Assembly: GCA_038825875.1 (NCBI GenBank)
Contig: JAWBOS010000001.1
Coordinates: 14,881 to 78,880, forward strand
Length of the DNA: 64,000 bases
Reading direction: 5' to 3'
DNA from: Candidatus Woesearchaeota archaeon
Lineage (GTDB): Archaea; Nanobdellota; Nanobdellia; Woesearchaeales; JAWBMQ01
The position numbers were made by a program, and so were the translations under genes. Below are positions 54,011-63,392 of the stretch, in pieces. Each line of letters opens with the position of its first letter. Position 1 is the stretch's first letter. The notes under the pieces are model-generated. The model did no database searches. It was given only the letters and a program-made list of their open reading frames with translations, and had not been told where the DNA came from.

Positions 54011-55009
54011 ATGGCAATCATAGAACAAATAGAGGAAAAATTGAACAAAGATTTTTTAAGTAATATTATTGGTTTAGAAGAAGAAAAGGAACTAATTAAA
54101 TCTGCATTATTGTCTGAACATCACATTCTATTTGTTGGTCCTCCGGGTACTGGAAAAACCACAATAGCAAAATCAATTGCAAATTTATTACCAACAATAG
54201 AAATGTATGAAGTTGGAGGATTTATCTTTGAGAAAGACTCTGAACTTTATGAACTATTTAAAGACAAGGCAAAAAAAACGATTAAAAAGGGGATTGACAG
54301 ATTTGTGCGCATTCAAGGAAGTCCTGATTTGATTGTTGAAGATCTACTAGGTGATATTGATCCTGAAAAAGCATTAAAATACGGGGCTTTTAGCTTGGAA
54401 TCGTTTAAGCCTGGAAAAATCTTTAAAGCGAATAAAGGAATTCTGTTTTTTGACGAGATCAATCGTGCTCCTGAAAAGGTTCAAAATGCCCTGCTTCAGG
54501 TATTAGCTGAAAAAAGAATAACACTTAGTGGTTATGAAATAGAATTTCCTTTAGAATTTATTCTTATAGGCACTATGAATCCTGATGATTCTTCAACTGA
54601 GAATCTATCTGATGTTATGCTTGACAGATTTGATGTGATATACATTGATTATCCAAAAACTATAGAAAATGAAATAAAAATTGTACAATTAAATGGAAAA
54701 AATTTTGGAATAAATGTAAGTAAAGAAATGATGAATCTCATTGTTGGATTTGTAAGAAGTTTAAGAACTGAGGAATTTGAAAAAAAACCTAGCATTAGAG
54801 CAAGTATAAATCTGTTTTCCCGAAGTTGTGCTACTGCAAAAATAAAAAACCGAAATTACTTATTAATTGAGGATATTGAAGAGAACATAATTTCTACATT
54901 ATCTCACAGAGTAAGACTAAAACCATCATACAGATATTCAAAAAAGATTGAGGACTACATAATTCAAAAATGGCATTCTTATATAAAGAAAGGGAGTGAT
55001 TTTCTTTAG
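54011..55009 (+). CDS. MoxR-family AAA+ ATPase
   Basis: Walker [18 protein letters not shown], Walker B ILFFDEINRA, sensor regions; classic pairing with the downstream VWA protein. Confidence 0.8.
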   Translation: MAIIEQIEEKLNKDFLSNIIGLEEEKELIKSALLSEHHILFVGPPGTGKTTIAKSIANLLPTIEMYEVGGFIFEKDSELYELFKDKAKKTIKKGIDRFVRIQGSPDLIVEDLLGDIDPEKALKYGAFSLESFKPGKIFKANKGILFFDEINRAPEKVQNALLQVLAEKRITLSGYEIEFPLEFILIGTMNPDDSSTENLSDVMLDRFDVIYIDYPKTIENEIKIVQLNGKNFGINVSKEMMNLIVGFVRSLRTEEFEKKPSIRASINLFSRSCATAKIKNRNYLLIEDIEENIISTLSHRVRLKPSYRYSKKIEDYIIQKWHSYIKKGSDFL

Positions 55010-56141
55010 CATAGATTCTCAGAAAAATGAAAAATTAAGCCCTGAACAACCCACACGATCTTTTCAGAAAACTCAAGATAAGAGAGAAGGAGAAGGCCTA
55101 AAAGTGATTAAAAATGAAGAAGAATTGCTTAATAAATCATTTATTTTGAATGAACTAACCAATTCAGGTACAAAAATTGAAATTGATAGTTTACCAAGTT
55201 ATATTGTAAACAATTTTAACAACATAAAGGAAAAATTTTCATCGGAATTCTTTAAATGTCTAACTGGTTACAGCAAAAATGAGATTGAGAAAAATCTAAA
55301 GTATGATGAGTTTAAGAAAAATATCGAAAAGGAAATAAAAAAGAAAATAAGAAAATTGCCAATAGAGGATGAAATTGATTTGAGAATGTTGCTTTACTTG
55401 AAAGATCTTGATATACTTGATTTAAAGGAAACGTTTAGTCACAGAAAAGGAAAAATAAAAGGACATTATGGTGAAGAAATAGACGTTGAAAGATACAAAA
55501 ATCATGCATATAGACAAATAGATATAAGAAAAACCATAAAAGAATTGATAAGGCACAATAAAACAAAAATAGAAGACATAACAAAAAATGACATCGTAGT
55601 AAAAACTTTTGGCACAACGCAAGAGAATCTGTTATACATTTTATTGGATTGTAGCTCGAGTATGTCTGGAAAAAAGATACATCTTGCTAAGAAAGCAGCT
55701 TTAAGTGTATCATATAAAGCAACCAGTGAAAAAAATAGAACTGGATTTATTGCATTTAACAATCAGATTATCACACACATAAAATTAACTAAGAATTTTT
55801 ATGAATTATTAAAAACCATAATTTCAATCTCTCCTTTTGGAAGAACGAACATATCAAATGCTCTGAAGTTGTCTGTTGAAGAATTAGCTAGAAAACAAGG
55901 AACAAAACACATAATCCTAATTTCTGACGCATTAGAAACTGAAGATTTTGATAAAGTATATGATGCTGCATCAATTGCTAAAAGTGAAAAAATAACAATA
56001 AGTATTATTGGAACTGAATTGAATGAACAAGGAAAAAAACTTTCGCAAGACTTAGTAAACATAACTGAAGGAAAGTATTATCAATTTGTACTAGAAGATT
56101 TAGAAAAAATTGTATTAGAGGATTATTATTCATTTTACTAG
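54996..56141 (+). CDS. von Willebrand factor A domain protein, MoxR partner
   Basis: MIDAS DCSSSMSG, downstream ILISDALET; overlaps the MoxR gene end. Confidence 0.75.
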   Translation: MIFFSIDSQKNEKLSPEQPTRSFQKTQDKREGEGLKVIKNEEELLNKSFILNELTNSGTKIEIDSLPSYIVNNFNNIKEKFSSEFFKCLTGYSKNEIEKNLKYDEFKKNIEKEIKKKIRKLPIEDEIDLRMLLYLKDLDILDLKETFSHRKGKIKGHYGEEIDVERYKNHAYRQIDIRKTIKELIRHNKTKIEDITKNDIVVKTFGTTQENLLYILLDCSSSMSGKKIHLAKKAALSVSYKATSEKNRTGFIAFNNQIITHIKLTKNFYELLKTIISISPFGRTNISNALKLSVEELARKQGTKHIILISDALETEDFDKVYDAASIAKSEKITISIIGTELNEQGKKLSQDLVNITEGKYYQFVLEDLEKIVLEDYYSFY

Positions 56142-56149
56142 GTTATTGT

Positions 56150-57199
56150 TTAGTCTATAAAATCTATTCCTAAATCTTCTTCATCCAATTCTCTGTATGG
56201 TCTTCCCTTACCAAATATTTGCCTTGATTTTACTCCTGTAACTATTAAAAGAACTTTAAGATTTTTTCCTAAATCTTTACTTATATATGCTCCCCAGATA
56301 ATTAATGCTTCAGGATTTAATTGGCTTGCTACTGCATCAACCACTTTCTTTGCTTCATCCAAAGTTAAATCTTCACCGCCCATGACATTTATAAGGGCTG
56401 CTTTACCATTAGATATATCCACATCTAGCAGAGGATTGTTCAATGCTTTTTCTACAGCTTCTTCTGCTCTTTTTTCAGTATCACTTTCCCCCAAACCAAT
56501 TAAAGCAACGCCACCTTCTTTCATAACTGTTCTAACATCTGCAAAATCCACATTAATTAAGCCTGCCTTAGTTATCATTTCTGAAATTCCCTTCACTGCA
56601 TTTGTAAGTATTTCATCAGCAATCTTAAATGCCAGATTTATAGAAACATTGGGTATAAGTTCTAACAACTTATCATTAGGAATAACAATCACTGTGTCAG
56701 AATTTTTTTCCAGCTTCATTAAGCCTTGCATTGCATTTTCTCTTCTAACAGCTCCCTCCATAGAAAAAGGCAAAGTAACAACAGAAATTACAAGTGCACC
56801 TATTTTTTTAGCAACTTCTGCAATGACTGGTGCTGCTCCAGTTCCAGTTCCTCCACCTAAACCACAAGTGATAAATACCAAATCAGTATTTTCTAGTGTA
56901 GTTCTAATCTCTCCCAAACTCTCTTTAGCTGCTTCTTCACCAATTTTTGGGTCGGATCCTGCTCCCAATCCCCTTGTTAACTCTTTTCCAATCAAAATTT
57001 TCTTATGTGCTGGAGTATAGAGCAAATCTTGGGCATCAGTATTAACTGCAATTATTTGGGCTCCTTCTATGCCTTCTCGATAGATTCTTTCAACTGTATT
57101 ATTTCCTGCACCTCCAACACCAATAATCTTAATCCTTGTTTTTTGGTTTTCTACATATTTTAACAATTCCTCATCGATATTATTATAAGTAGGAGCCAT
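56150..57199 (-). CDS. ftsZ: Cell division GTPase FtsZ
   Basis: IIGVGGAGNN, tubulin signature GLGGGTGTGAAPVIAEVAK, T7 loop region. Confidence 0.9.
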   Translation of the reverse strand: MAPTYNNIDEELLKYVENQKTRIKIIGVGGAGNNTVERIYREGIEGAQIIAVNTDAQDLLYTPAHKKILIGKELTRGLGAGSDPKIGEEAAKESLGEIRTTLENTDLVFITCGLGGGTGTGAAPVIAEVAKKIGALVISVVTLPFSMEGAVRRENAMQGLMKLEKNSDTVIVIPNDKLLELIPNVSINLAFKIADEILTNAVKGISEMITKAGLINVDFADVRTVMKEGGVALIGLGESDTEKRAEEAVEKALNNPLLDVDISNGKAALINVMGGEDLTLDEAKKVVDAVASQLNPEALIIWGAYISKDLGKNLKVLLIVTGVKSRQIFGKGRPYRELDEEDLGIDFID

Positions 57200-57282
57200 A
57201 TTATCCCTCTTCTATATAACAACACAAAAATTTATAAATTTTCTTAAGTAAAAATAGAAAAAAGAAAAGAATTAATTCCTAA

Positions 57283-57966
57283 TCACTGGCTTTCTTGAGT
57301 GTTACTTTTTAAAGACACTTTAGGGGTATAATTATTAACTTCACTCTCAAATTTAGAAAAAAGCACATGATCTCTATTTGTAGGATTTTCAAGCAATTTA
57401 AAAACCCTAATTTTAAAAGTTTCGATTGCTGTGATTTTGTTCAAAGGCTTTTTTAATTCGTTTTGCAATTTCTCTTTTATAATATCATTTACAAAATCAA
57501 CATAGGTTGTCTTTTTAGCATAGTCATAAATTAAGTATCTTGTTAATTTTCTTAGTTCTGATTTTACTGAATTACTAACCTTTGAAACTGTAACAATTAG
57601 AGGTTTACATCGCAACAACCTATTATCTGAAGTTTTTATTAAAAAAGAATCGTCAATTTTGCTTCTTCTCTTTCTGACCAATTTTTTTACCATTGCTTCT
57701 AGCATATTCATACCCACAATCATTGCGATTGCAGAATTTCCCTCTGTAGAGGTTATCTTAAATTTAAGGTTATATGTTTGTTTTCTAGGATCTCCTGTTA
57801 ATGTCATGAGATTTAGAGTGAGTGTCCTGCCGATGAGTTGTTGAACCTCCTCAGAAAGAACCTCTCCAATAATTTGTTCTCCAAAGATTTCCTTACATTT
57901 TACTGGAAACCATTTCTTCTTCTTCCACTTGAGCATTAAATCCGAAGTACTTCTTTTTTGAGCCAT
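57283..57966 (-). CDS. rps3ae: 30S ribosomal protein S3Ae (eS1)
   Basis: N-terminal KWKKKKWFPV..IGEV..LIGRTLTLNLMTLTGD matches the S3Ae signature. Confidence 0.75.
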   Translation of the reverse strand: MAQKRSTSDLMLKWKKKKWFPVKCKEIFGEQIIGEVLSEEVQQLIGRTLTLNLMTLTGDPRKQTYNLKFKITSTEGNSAIAMIVGMNMLEAMVKKLVRKRRSKIDDSFLIKTSDNRLLRCKPLIVTVSKVSNSVKSELRKLTRYLIYDYAKKTTYVDFVNDIIKEKLQNELKKPLNKITAIETFKIRVFKLLENPTNRDHVLFSKFESEVNNYTPKVSLKSNTQESQ

Positions 57967-58162
57967 GGTATCACCAAAGGAAAATTAAAGTTTAAAGAGT
58001 TACACGTAAAGATTGGAAAAAGGATTTATTTTTAAAAGTTTTCTAAATTTAAGAATTTGTATTGGATTTTAAGCTATATTGAGTAAGCAAAGGTTTAATA
58101 AAAGACCATAAATCCTAACAAAAACACCTAATTTTTAAATAATATTACACTTTTTACCTGAT

Positions 58163-58690
58163 ATGAAATCAGAGTATGAATTAAAGCAAAAAAGTGAACT
58201 CTCGAGCACCAAATTAAAAATTTTAAAATTGATTGCTATAAAACCCAGAACATTAACTGAACTAAGTGAATTGTTATCTATTGCAAAGCCTTCGGTACTT
58301 GAGCATCTAAGGATTTTAGAAGAAAAACATTTGATTGAAAGAGAAGAAACTGACAGAAAATGGAAATACTACCAATTAACTTTAGAAGGTAAAAGACTAC
58401 TAAGAAATCTCTCTTTAGTTGATATTTATTCAAATATTTTCATTTCAGCAATGTTGGGAACTTTCTGGACAATACTGAACTTTTTACCCAACAAAACAAT
58501 ACAAAAGCAAGAAGTGAAAAGAGTTTTAGTAGAATCATTTTCAGTAAGAGAACCATCAGTAAGTCAAAATATACCTTTAATACTTGAAAAAATCACCTTT
58601 GTACTGTTTATTATTTCTCTAATCTCGTTAATTATCTTGATTATATGGAAATATTCCAGATATAAAAAGTTAAAAAATATTGAGGTGTAA
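58163..58690 (+). CDS. Winged-helix (ArsR-like) transcriptional regulator fused to C-terminal transmembrane helices
   Basis: HTH ..LTELSELLSIAKPSVLEHLRILEEKHLIERE.. then two hydrophobic helices. Confidence 0.5.
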   Translation: MKSEYELKQKSELSSTKLKILKLIAIKPRTLTELSELLSIAKPSVLEHLRILEEKHLIEREETDRKWKYYQLTLEGKRLLRNLSLVDIYSNIFISAMLGTFWTILNFLPNKTIQKQEVKRVLVESFSVREPSVSQNIPLILEKITFVLFIISLISLIILIIWKYSRYKKLKNIEV

Positions 58691-58692
58691 TC

Positions 58693-59415
58693 ATGGATGT
58701 ACCAAGAAAATATGAAAAAAGCACTATTGGAAATGTTTGGGTTGTAGTATGTGTTGTTTTGATATGCCTCTTTGCAGGCTATTATTTTGGTCAAACGCAA
58801 AGAAAAGAAATAAAAAAAGTAAACCTATATGAAACTGTAGAAAAAAAGGTTTTGCCAGATGAAGGGATTGTAGTTTTTGTCATTGAAACAGAAAGTGAAA
58901 ATCCAAATCTAGCAATTGAAGAAAACACAAAAATAAACAATAAAGTTTTAAGAGCATTATCTAACTACAAAGTTGAAACAACACAATATAATCTTGAAAG
59001 AATTCAGAAATGGGACAAGGAAAAAGAGGAATTTATTGAAACAGGTTACAAAGTTAGAAACACAATAAAGGTAACTTCATTACCTGAAGAAATGGGCACA
59101 ATAATAAAAACAGGAATTGAAAATGGAGCAAATAGAATAGAATACATTAGTTATCAGATTTCTCAACAAAAATTACAAGAAATAAAGGCAAATTTATTGA
59201 AAGAGGCAATAGAGAATGCAAGAAATCGAGCAGAAGCCATAGCAATAGCATCAAACACAAAACTAGGAAAAATTTTAGAAATAAGTCCATCTGAAGCATA
59301 TGTTCCAATTTTCAGATACGAAGCAATCTCTTCCTATGAAAAGGACATTCCACAGATAAGTCCTGCAGAACAAACTGTAAGATATGGAGTTTCTATTGTT
59401 TTTGAGCTAAAATAA
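58693..59415 (+). CDS. Membrane-anchored SIMPL/DUF541-family protein
   Basis: N-terminal TM; C-terminal ..ARNRAEAIAIASNTKLGKILEIS...VRYGVSIVFEL resembles the SIMPL/YggE family ending. Confidence 0.45.
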   Translation: MDVPRKYEKSTIGNVWVVVCVVLICLFAGYYFGQTQRKEIKKVNLYETVEKKVLPDEGIVVFVIETESENPNLAIEENTKINNKVLRALSNYKVETTQYNLERIQKWDKEKEEFIETGYKVRNTIKVTSLPEEMGTIIKTGIENGANRIEYISYQISQQKLQEIKANLLKEAIENARNRAEAIAIASNTKLGKILEISPSEAYVPIFRYEAISSYEKDIPQISPAEQTVRYGVSIVFELK

Positions 59416-59420
59416 AAAAG

Positions 59421-60542
59421 TTATCCAAACATATTTCCAGCAATATTTTCTTCTTTCTTTTTCTTTATTTTGTCGATAGCTTTCAGAAAATCACCTGTAT
59501 TAACATAAGATCTGTTTTCTCTTATTGCAAAATATCCTGCTTCTGTACATACTGCTTTTATTTCTGCGCCACTAAATCCTAACAGTTTTTCTGCAATAGC
59601 TTCTAAATCAACTTTCTTTAATTTCATATTTCTAGTATGGATTAGTAATATTGACAATACTTGTTCCTTCATTTTTGGTAAACCAACTTCAATAATTCTA
59701 CTAAATCTACCAGGTCTAAGAATTGCTGGATCAAGTATATCTAATCTGTTCGTAGCAGCTACAATTTTAACATTGTCCAATGAATTAAATCCATCCATCT
59801 CTGCAAGTAATTGCATAAAAGTTCTTTGAACCTCTCTTTCACCAGATGTTCCCAACTCAATTCTTTTTGCAGCAATTGCATCAATTTCATCTATAAAAAC
59901 AATTGCAGGGGCTTTTTTTCTAGCCAATTCAAATACATTTTTAACCATCTTTGCTCCATCACCAATAAATTTTTGTACTAATTCTGATGCTACAATCTCT
60001 ATAAAAACAGCATCTGTATGATTAGCAACTGCTTTAGCAATTAGAGTTTTTCCCGTACCAGGAGGACCATAAAGCAAAACGCCTTTTGGTGGTTCAATTC
60101 CGATCTTCCTAAATATGTCGGGATTTTTCAATGGTAATTCTAATACTTCTCTCACTTCTTGTATAACCTCATCTAATCCTCCGATATCATTCCAAGTGAC
60201 TTTAGGTTTTTCTAAAATAATAAAAGATTCCACATTCATTTCAAAACCAACATCTATTTTATCGAGGATATTTAGATTATTTCTATCAACTAAAACCATA
60301 TCTCCTGCTCTAATCTGTAAAGACGGATTCACAATTGAAACATAAAAATAGTTTCCATTTGGGATCCTGATAGTTGCATTATTACCATTTACAGAAACAA
60401 CTTCACACACCATCATAGGTGGTTTCATCAATTCGTTTAATTGTCTTCTTAAAGATTCAACGGTTTGTCTAAGAAACTTGTTTTCCTGAATAAGAGACTC
60501 AACATAATAGTTTTGTTCTATGTTGTTAGCATTTGTTCCCAT
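59421..60542 (-). CDS. pan: Proteasome-activating-nucleotidase-like AAA+ ATPase (coiled coil, OB domain, AAA module); no C-terminal HbYX
   Basis: N-terminal coiled coil, OB-fold region, Walker [17 protein letters not shown], Walker B IVFIDEIDAI; C-terminus ..AGNMFG. Confidence 0.75.
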   Translation of the reverse strand: MGTNANNIEQNYYVESLIQENKFLRQTVESLRRQLNELMKPPMMVCEVVSVNGNNATIRIPNGNYFYVSIVNPSLQIRAGDMVLVDRNNLNILDKIDVGFEMNVESFIILEKPKVTWNDIGGLDEVIQEVREVLELPLKNPDIFRKIGIEPPKGVLLYGPPGTGKTLIAKAVANHTDAVFIEIVASELVQKFIGDGAKMVKNVFELARKKAPAIVFIDEIDAIAAKRIELGTSGEREVQRTFMQLLAEMDGFNSLDNVKIVAATNRLDILDPAILRPGRFSRIIEVGLPKMKEQVLSILLIHTRNMKLKKVDLEAIAEKLLGFSGAEIKAVCTEAGYFAIRENRSYVNTGDFLKAIDKIKKKKEENIAGNMFG

Positions 60543-60631
60543 AATGATGTTAGAAATTATTAGGGATTTTTAAATTTTTTTAAATATAACAATATCTTCT
60601 GATTCTATTTTAAATTAAATTGTGTTAAATA

Positions 60632-60763
60632 TCACTCTATGCTTGATCTATCACAACACCATCTATCATCCCATCCGTCATTTATCCAACCTCCATTATT
60701 TTGGCCCCAGTCATCCCAATTGGGATGGGAATTGGTTCCATTCACAAAATTTGTCAATTCCAT
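60632..60763 (-). CDS. Unannotated 43-aa Trp/Asp/Gly/Asn-rich peptide MELTNFVNGTNSHPNWDDWGQNNGGWINDGWDDRWCCDRSSIE: candidate RiPP precursor
   Basis: ATG (60763..60761) 2 nt after the stop of the upstream PEP-utilizer gene, with GGAGGTGA RBS inside that gene's 3' end; TGA stop at 60634..60632 followed by a T-run. 6 Trp in 43 aa in a 30%-GC genome; repeated WDDW / GWDDRW units and a CC pair. Confidence 0.45.
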   Translation of the reverse strand: MELTNFVNGTNSHPNWDDWGQNNGGWINDGWDDRWCCDRSSIE

Positions 60764-60765
60764 TC

Positions 60766-61113
60766 TTATTCACCTCCTTCGTGAACTTGAATTGTTCCAT
60801 CTTCAAAATTAATAACTAATTTATCACCTGTTTTAATTACTGTATCAGCATTCTCAACGCCAACTATTGATGGAAAATTAAGTTCTCTAAAAATAATTGA
60901 AGCATGACTCAACAATCCCCCAAAAGATGTAACTACACACTTAAACTGTAAAATTTTTTCAATATAATCCAAATTAACTCTTTTACAAATCAAAATTTTC
61001 TCACTAGGATGATTGGGCAAATTTTCACAAAATGGATCAACATATGCAATACCTTCAATAATATTATTATGGGGTTTTACGACTACAGATCCTTTAAGTA
61101 TCATTTTTCTCAC
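60766..61113 (-). CDS. Stand-alone PEP-utilizing-enzyme mobile (phosphohistidine swivel) domain protein
   Basis: VVTSFGGLLSHASIIFRELNFPSIVGV matches the PEP-utilizers signature (GG..SHAAI.ARE.G.P.VVG) with the phosphorylatable His; 115 aa only. Confidence 0.7.
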   Translation of the reverse strand: MRKMILKGSVVVKPHNNIIEGIAYVDPFCENLPNHPSEKILICKRVNLDYIEKILQFKCVVTSFGGLLSHASIIFRELNFPSIVGVENADTVIKTGDKLVINFEDGTIQVHEGGE

Positions 61114-62029
61114 ATACTATTTCTTCTTGAATCCTTAATATTGTAGGACTAAGAGAGGGATAATTCTCAATAACATCACTAACCTTAAAATAAGGTAATC
61201 TAAAATATCTGCTTATTGTTATAAAATAAGAAAGTTTTGAATCAAAATCATTATCTGGTAACATAAAATAGAATGCATTGTTGTAATACTTGCAGTTGAT
61301 TATGGGGTCTTGAACATATATATTTTCAGGTGGTTCTAAATTCAAAAGGATTTTTCTTAATTCTTCTGCAGAAATTTTTTTTCTTTCAAAAATTTCTAGG
61401 AAAAGTCTTGTAATATCATAATAACAATCCAAATAAAATCTATTGTAATCAACAAAAGAAAAAAGGTAATAATAATTCAAATTTTCTTTCAATTTCTTTT
61501 TTCGAAATCTCAATATCTTTTTTGTGTTTTTTGAAATTTTCGACTGATCCAAAAACAGATAATGACGTGGCAATGCATAAAAAACCCATCTAAAGGAGAA
61601 AAGAGGTGTATCAAAAAAAGAAGAATCTAAATTTGCATTCAAAATTTCCTTCTCTAATGAATGATAAACTAGGATATAGAGATGATAATAAGTAAGAAAA
61701 TTCAAATAAGATTGAAACATTTTAGAAATTTCAGAGGTATAATTTGCTAAAAATCGATAAAAATAATAATCTAGATTCATTTTTACAATTTCTAATCTGG
61801 GTTTAAATTCAAAATTCTTGGGAACAAGATGATACTTCAATCTATCGTTTAAATCAAAGTATTCCTTATCATCAATTTTAGTCAAATAAAACTTATCATT
61901 CTTCTCTATTATCTCAATTTTTGGTTTTTCATGAAAAAAGCAAGATCTGAATCTAAAGGCAATCTGATTAACAATATCTACAATGTTTTCATTTTTTATT
62001 TCTAACAAACTTGAATCTTTCATTTTCAA
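61094..62029 (-). CDS. Hypothetical Tyr/Phe-rich 311-aa protein, translationally coupled between the rSAM and PEP-utilizer genes
   Basis: No recognisable motif by eye; 4-nt overlap with rSAM gene, about 11-20 nt overlap with PEP-utilizer gene. Confidence 0.4.
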   Translation of the reverse strand: MKMKDSSLLEIKNENIVDIVNQIAFRFRSCFFHEKPKIEIIEKNDKFYLTKIDDKEYFDLNDRLKYHLVPKNFEFKPRLEIVKMNLDYYFYRFLANYTSEISKMFQSYLNFLTYYHLYILVYHSLEKEILNANLDSSFFDTPLFSFRWVFYALPRHYLFLDQSKISKNTKKILRFRKKKLKENLNYYYLFSFVDYNRFYLDCYYDITRLFLEIFERKKISAEELRKILLNLEPPENIYVQDPIINCKYYNNAFYFMLPDNDFDSKLSYFITISRYFRLPYFKVSDVIENYPSLSPTILRIQEEIVCEKNDT

Positions 62030-63258
62030 GATATTCTTTTTGGAGTTTTATAAAATAAATCACTATGTTCATATTTCTTAAAAAATGTTTTTGAAAAGTA
62101 AAACAACAAAGCAGGATTTCTTGTTACATACTCAAAAAAAATCTCTAACCAAATCTTATTATATTCACAAGAGTGTTTCAAAGATTTAAAGGAAAACAAA
62201 TATGCTTTTCCAACACAAGGATGTCTGCATATATAATTAAATTTACAAGTCTCACATCCCAAAGTATCTGAGATTTTCTTTGAAAGGTTTAAAATCTTCT
62301 TTCTATTATCTTGAAAATCCTCAGAATTCATTAAAAAATCCTCTAATCCAATAACACTATCACATCCGTATATTTTTCCATCCATAGAGAATCCTATAAT
62401 CCACTTAAATGCTCCGCAGTTTTCATCATAACACAAAGAACCAGTCATCCCCAGTATTCTTTCAGCATATAATCTAACAGGATCTAATGTTATACTCAAT
62501 CTTTTTCTTAGATAGTAATCAATTAGTAATTCGACATTCCTCCTCACATTTTTTAAATCAGGTAGCAAAGAAAGATTATCTGTTTCCACAATATTATAAA
62601 GCACTCCTTTAAACATCTTATAGTTCAACAGTTTTTTGAAATCTTCAAAGATTTTAGAATCGTTAGTAGTATTAATTAAGTAAATAATTCCAAAGGGAAT
62701 TTTTAATTTTTCAAGAACATTCATTGCTTGAATTGCATAATTAGGATTTCTGGCACAATTCTCACCAAACCCATCAAAACTTAGACCAATTGAAACGTTC
62801 TTTTTATGCAAAAATATGGAAAATTCTTCATCCAATCCATAACCAGAGGTCTGAATTTCAAATCTAACATTTTTCAAGTTTCTTGATTCAAAAACCTCTA
62901 TAGTTTTTCTAATTCCATCTTTGTTTGTAAGTGGTTCAGCGCCATGGAATATAAGAACAACGGGTTTTTTCAGACTTTCAACAAATGAAGATAACTTATT
63001 AATTGTTTCATCTGTTAATTTGTACTCTTTTCTTGTCTCATTCAAAGTATCTAATCGTTTTACAAAGCAATAAGTGCAATTTAGAAAACAATCGTGAGAA
63101 ACATCAAACACAATAGTTAAATGTGGCTCTGCATAATTGTGTGCATTATATTCACTAATCTCTTCTTGAACGACAGGTTCATAACCTGTTCTAGTAATGT
63201 AAAAATGATTTTTAATATTCCAAATCGACCAACACTTGGAATTATAGACTAAATTCAT
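62026..63258 (-). CDS. Radical SAM enzyme with C-terminal SPASM domain (peptide-maturase-like)
   Basis: HDCFLNCTYCF (CxxxCxxC); C-terminal CDENCGAF..GCDS..CETCKFNYICRHPCVG SPASM-type cysteine pattern. Start trimmed to internal Met at 63258 to avoid overlap with aIF2-beta. Confidence 0.7.
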   Translation of the reverse strand: MNLVYNSKCWSIWNIKNHFYITRTGYEPVVQEEISEYNAHNYAEPHLTIVFDVSHDCFLNCTYCFVKRLDTLNETRKEYKLTDETINKLSSFVESLKKPVVLIFHGAEPLTNKDGIRKTIEVFESRNLKNVRFEIQTSGYGLDEEFSIFLHKKNVSIGLSFDGFGENCARNPNYAIQAMNVLEKLKIPFGIIYLINTTNDSKIFEDFKKLLNYKMFKGVLYNIVETDNLSLLPDLKNVRRNVELLIDYYLRKRLSITLDPVRLYAERILGMTGSLCYDENCGAFKWIIGFSMDGKIYGCDSVIGLEDFLMNSEDFQDNRKKILNLSKKISDTLGCETCKFNYICRHPCVGKAYLFSFKSLKHSCEYNKIWLEIFFEYVTRNPALLFYFSKTFFKKYEHSDLFYKTPKRIS

Positions 63259-63392
63259 ATGAGCATAAGTTAATAAGAAATAAAAATTTAAATTAATAAA
63301 TATTACCTTAAGACCACACATTGAAAGTAAATTTAAAGTTGACAACCAAGTTTCCAAAAAATATTTAAAAGAACAGGTAATCCAGCAACGAA

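Noticed and set aside
56382-57020. 212-aa plus-strand ORF antisense to ftsZ
   Set aside because: Low-complexity; fully overlapped by a high-confidence FtsZ CDS.
60622-60819. 65-aa plus-strand ORF from the track overlapping the Trp-rich peptide locus
   Set aside because: No RBS; opposite strand to the tightly coupled operon. The minus-strand 43-aa ORF has RBS and operon coupling.
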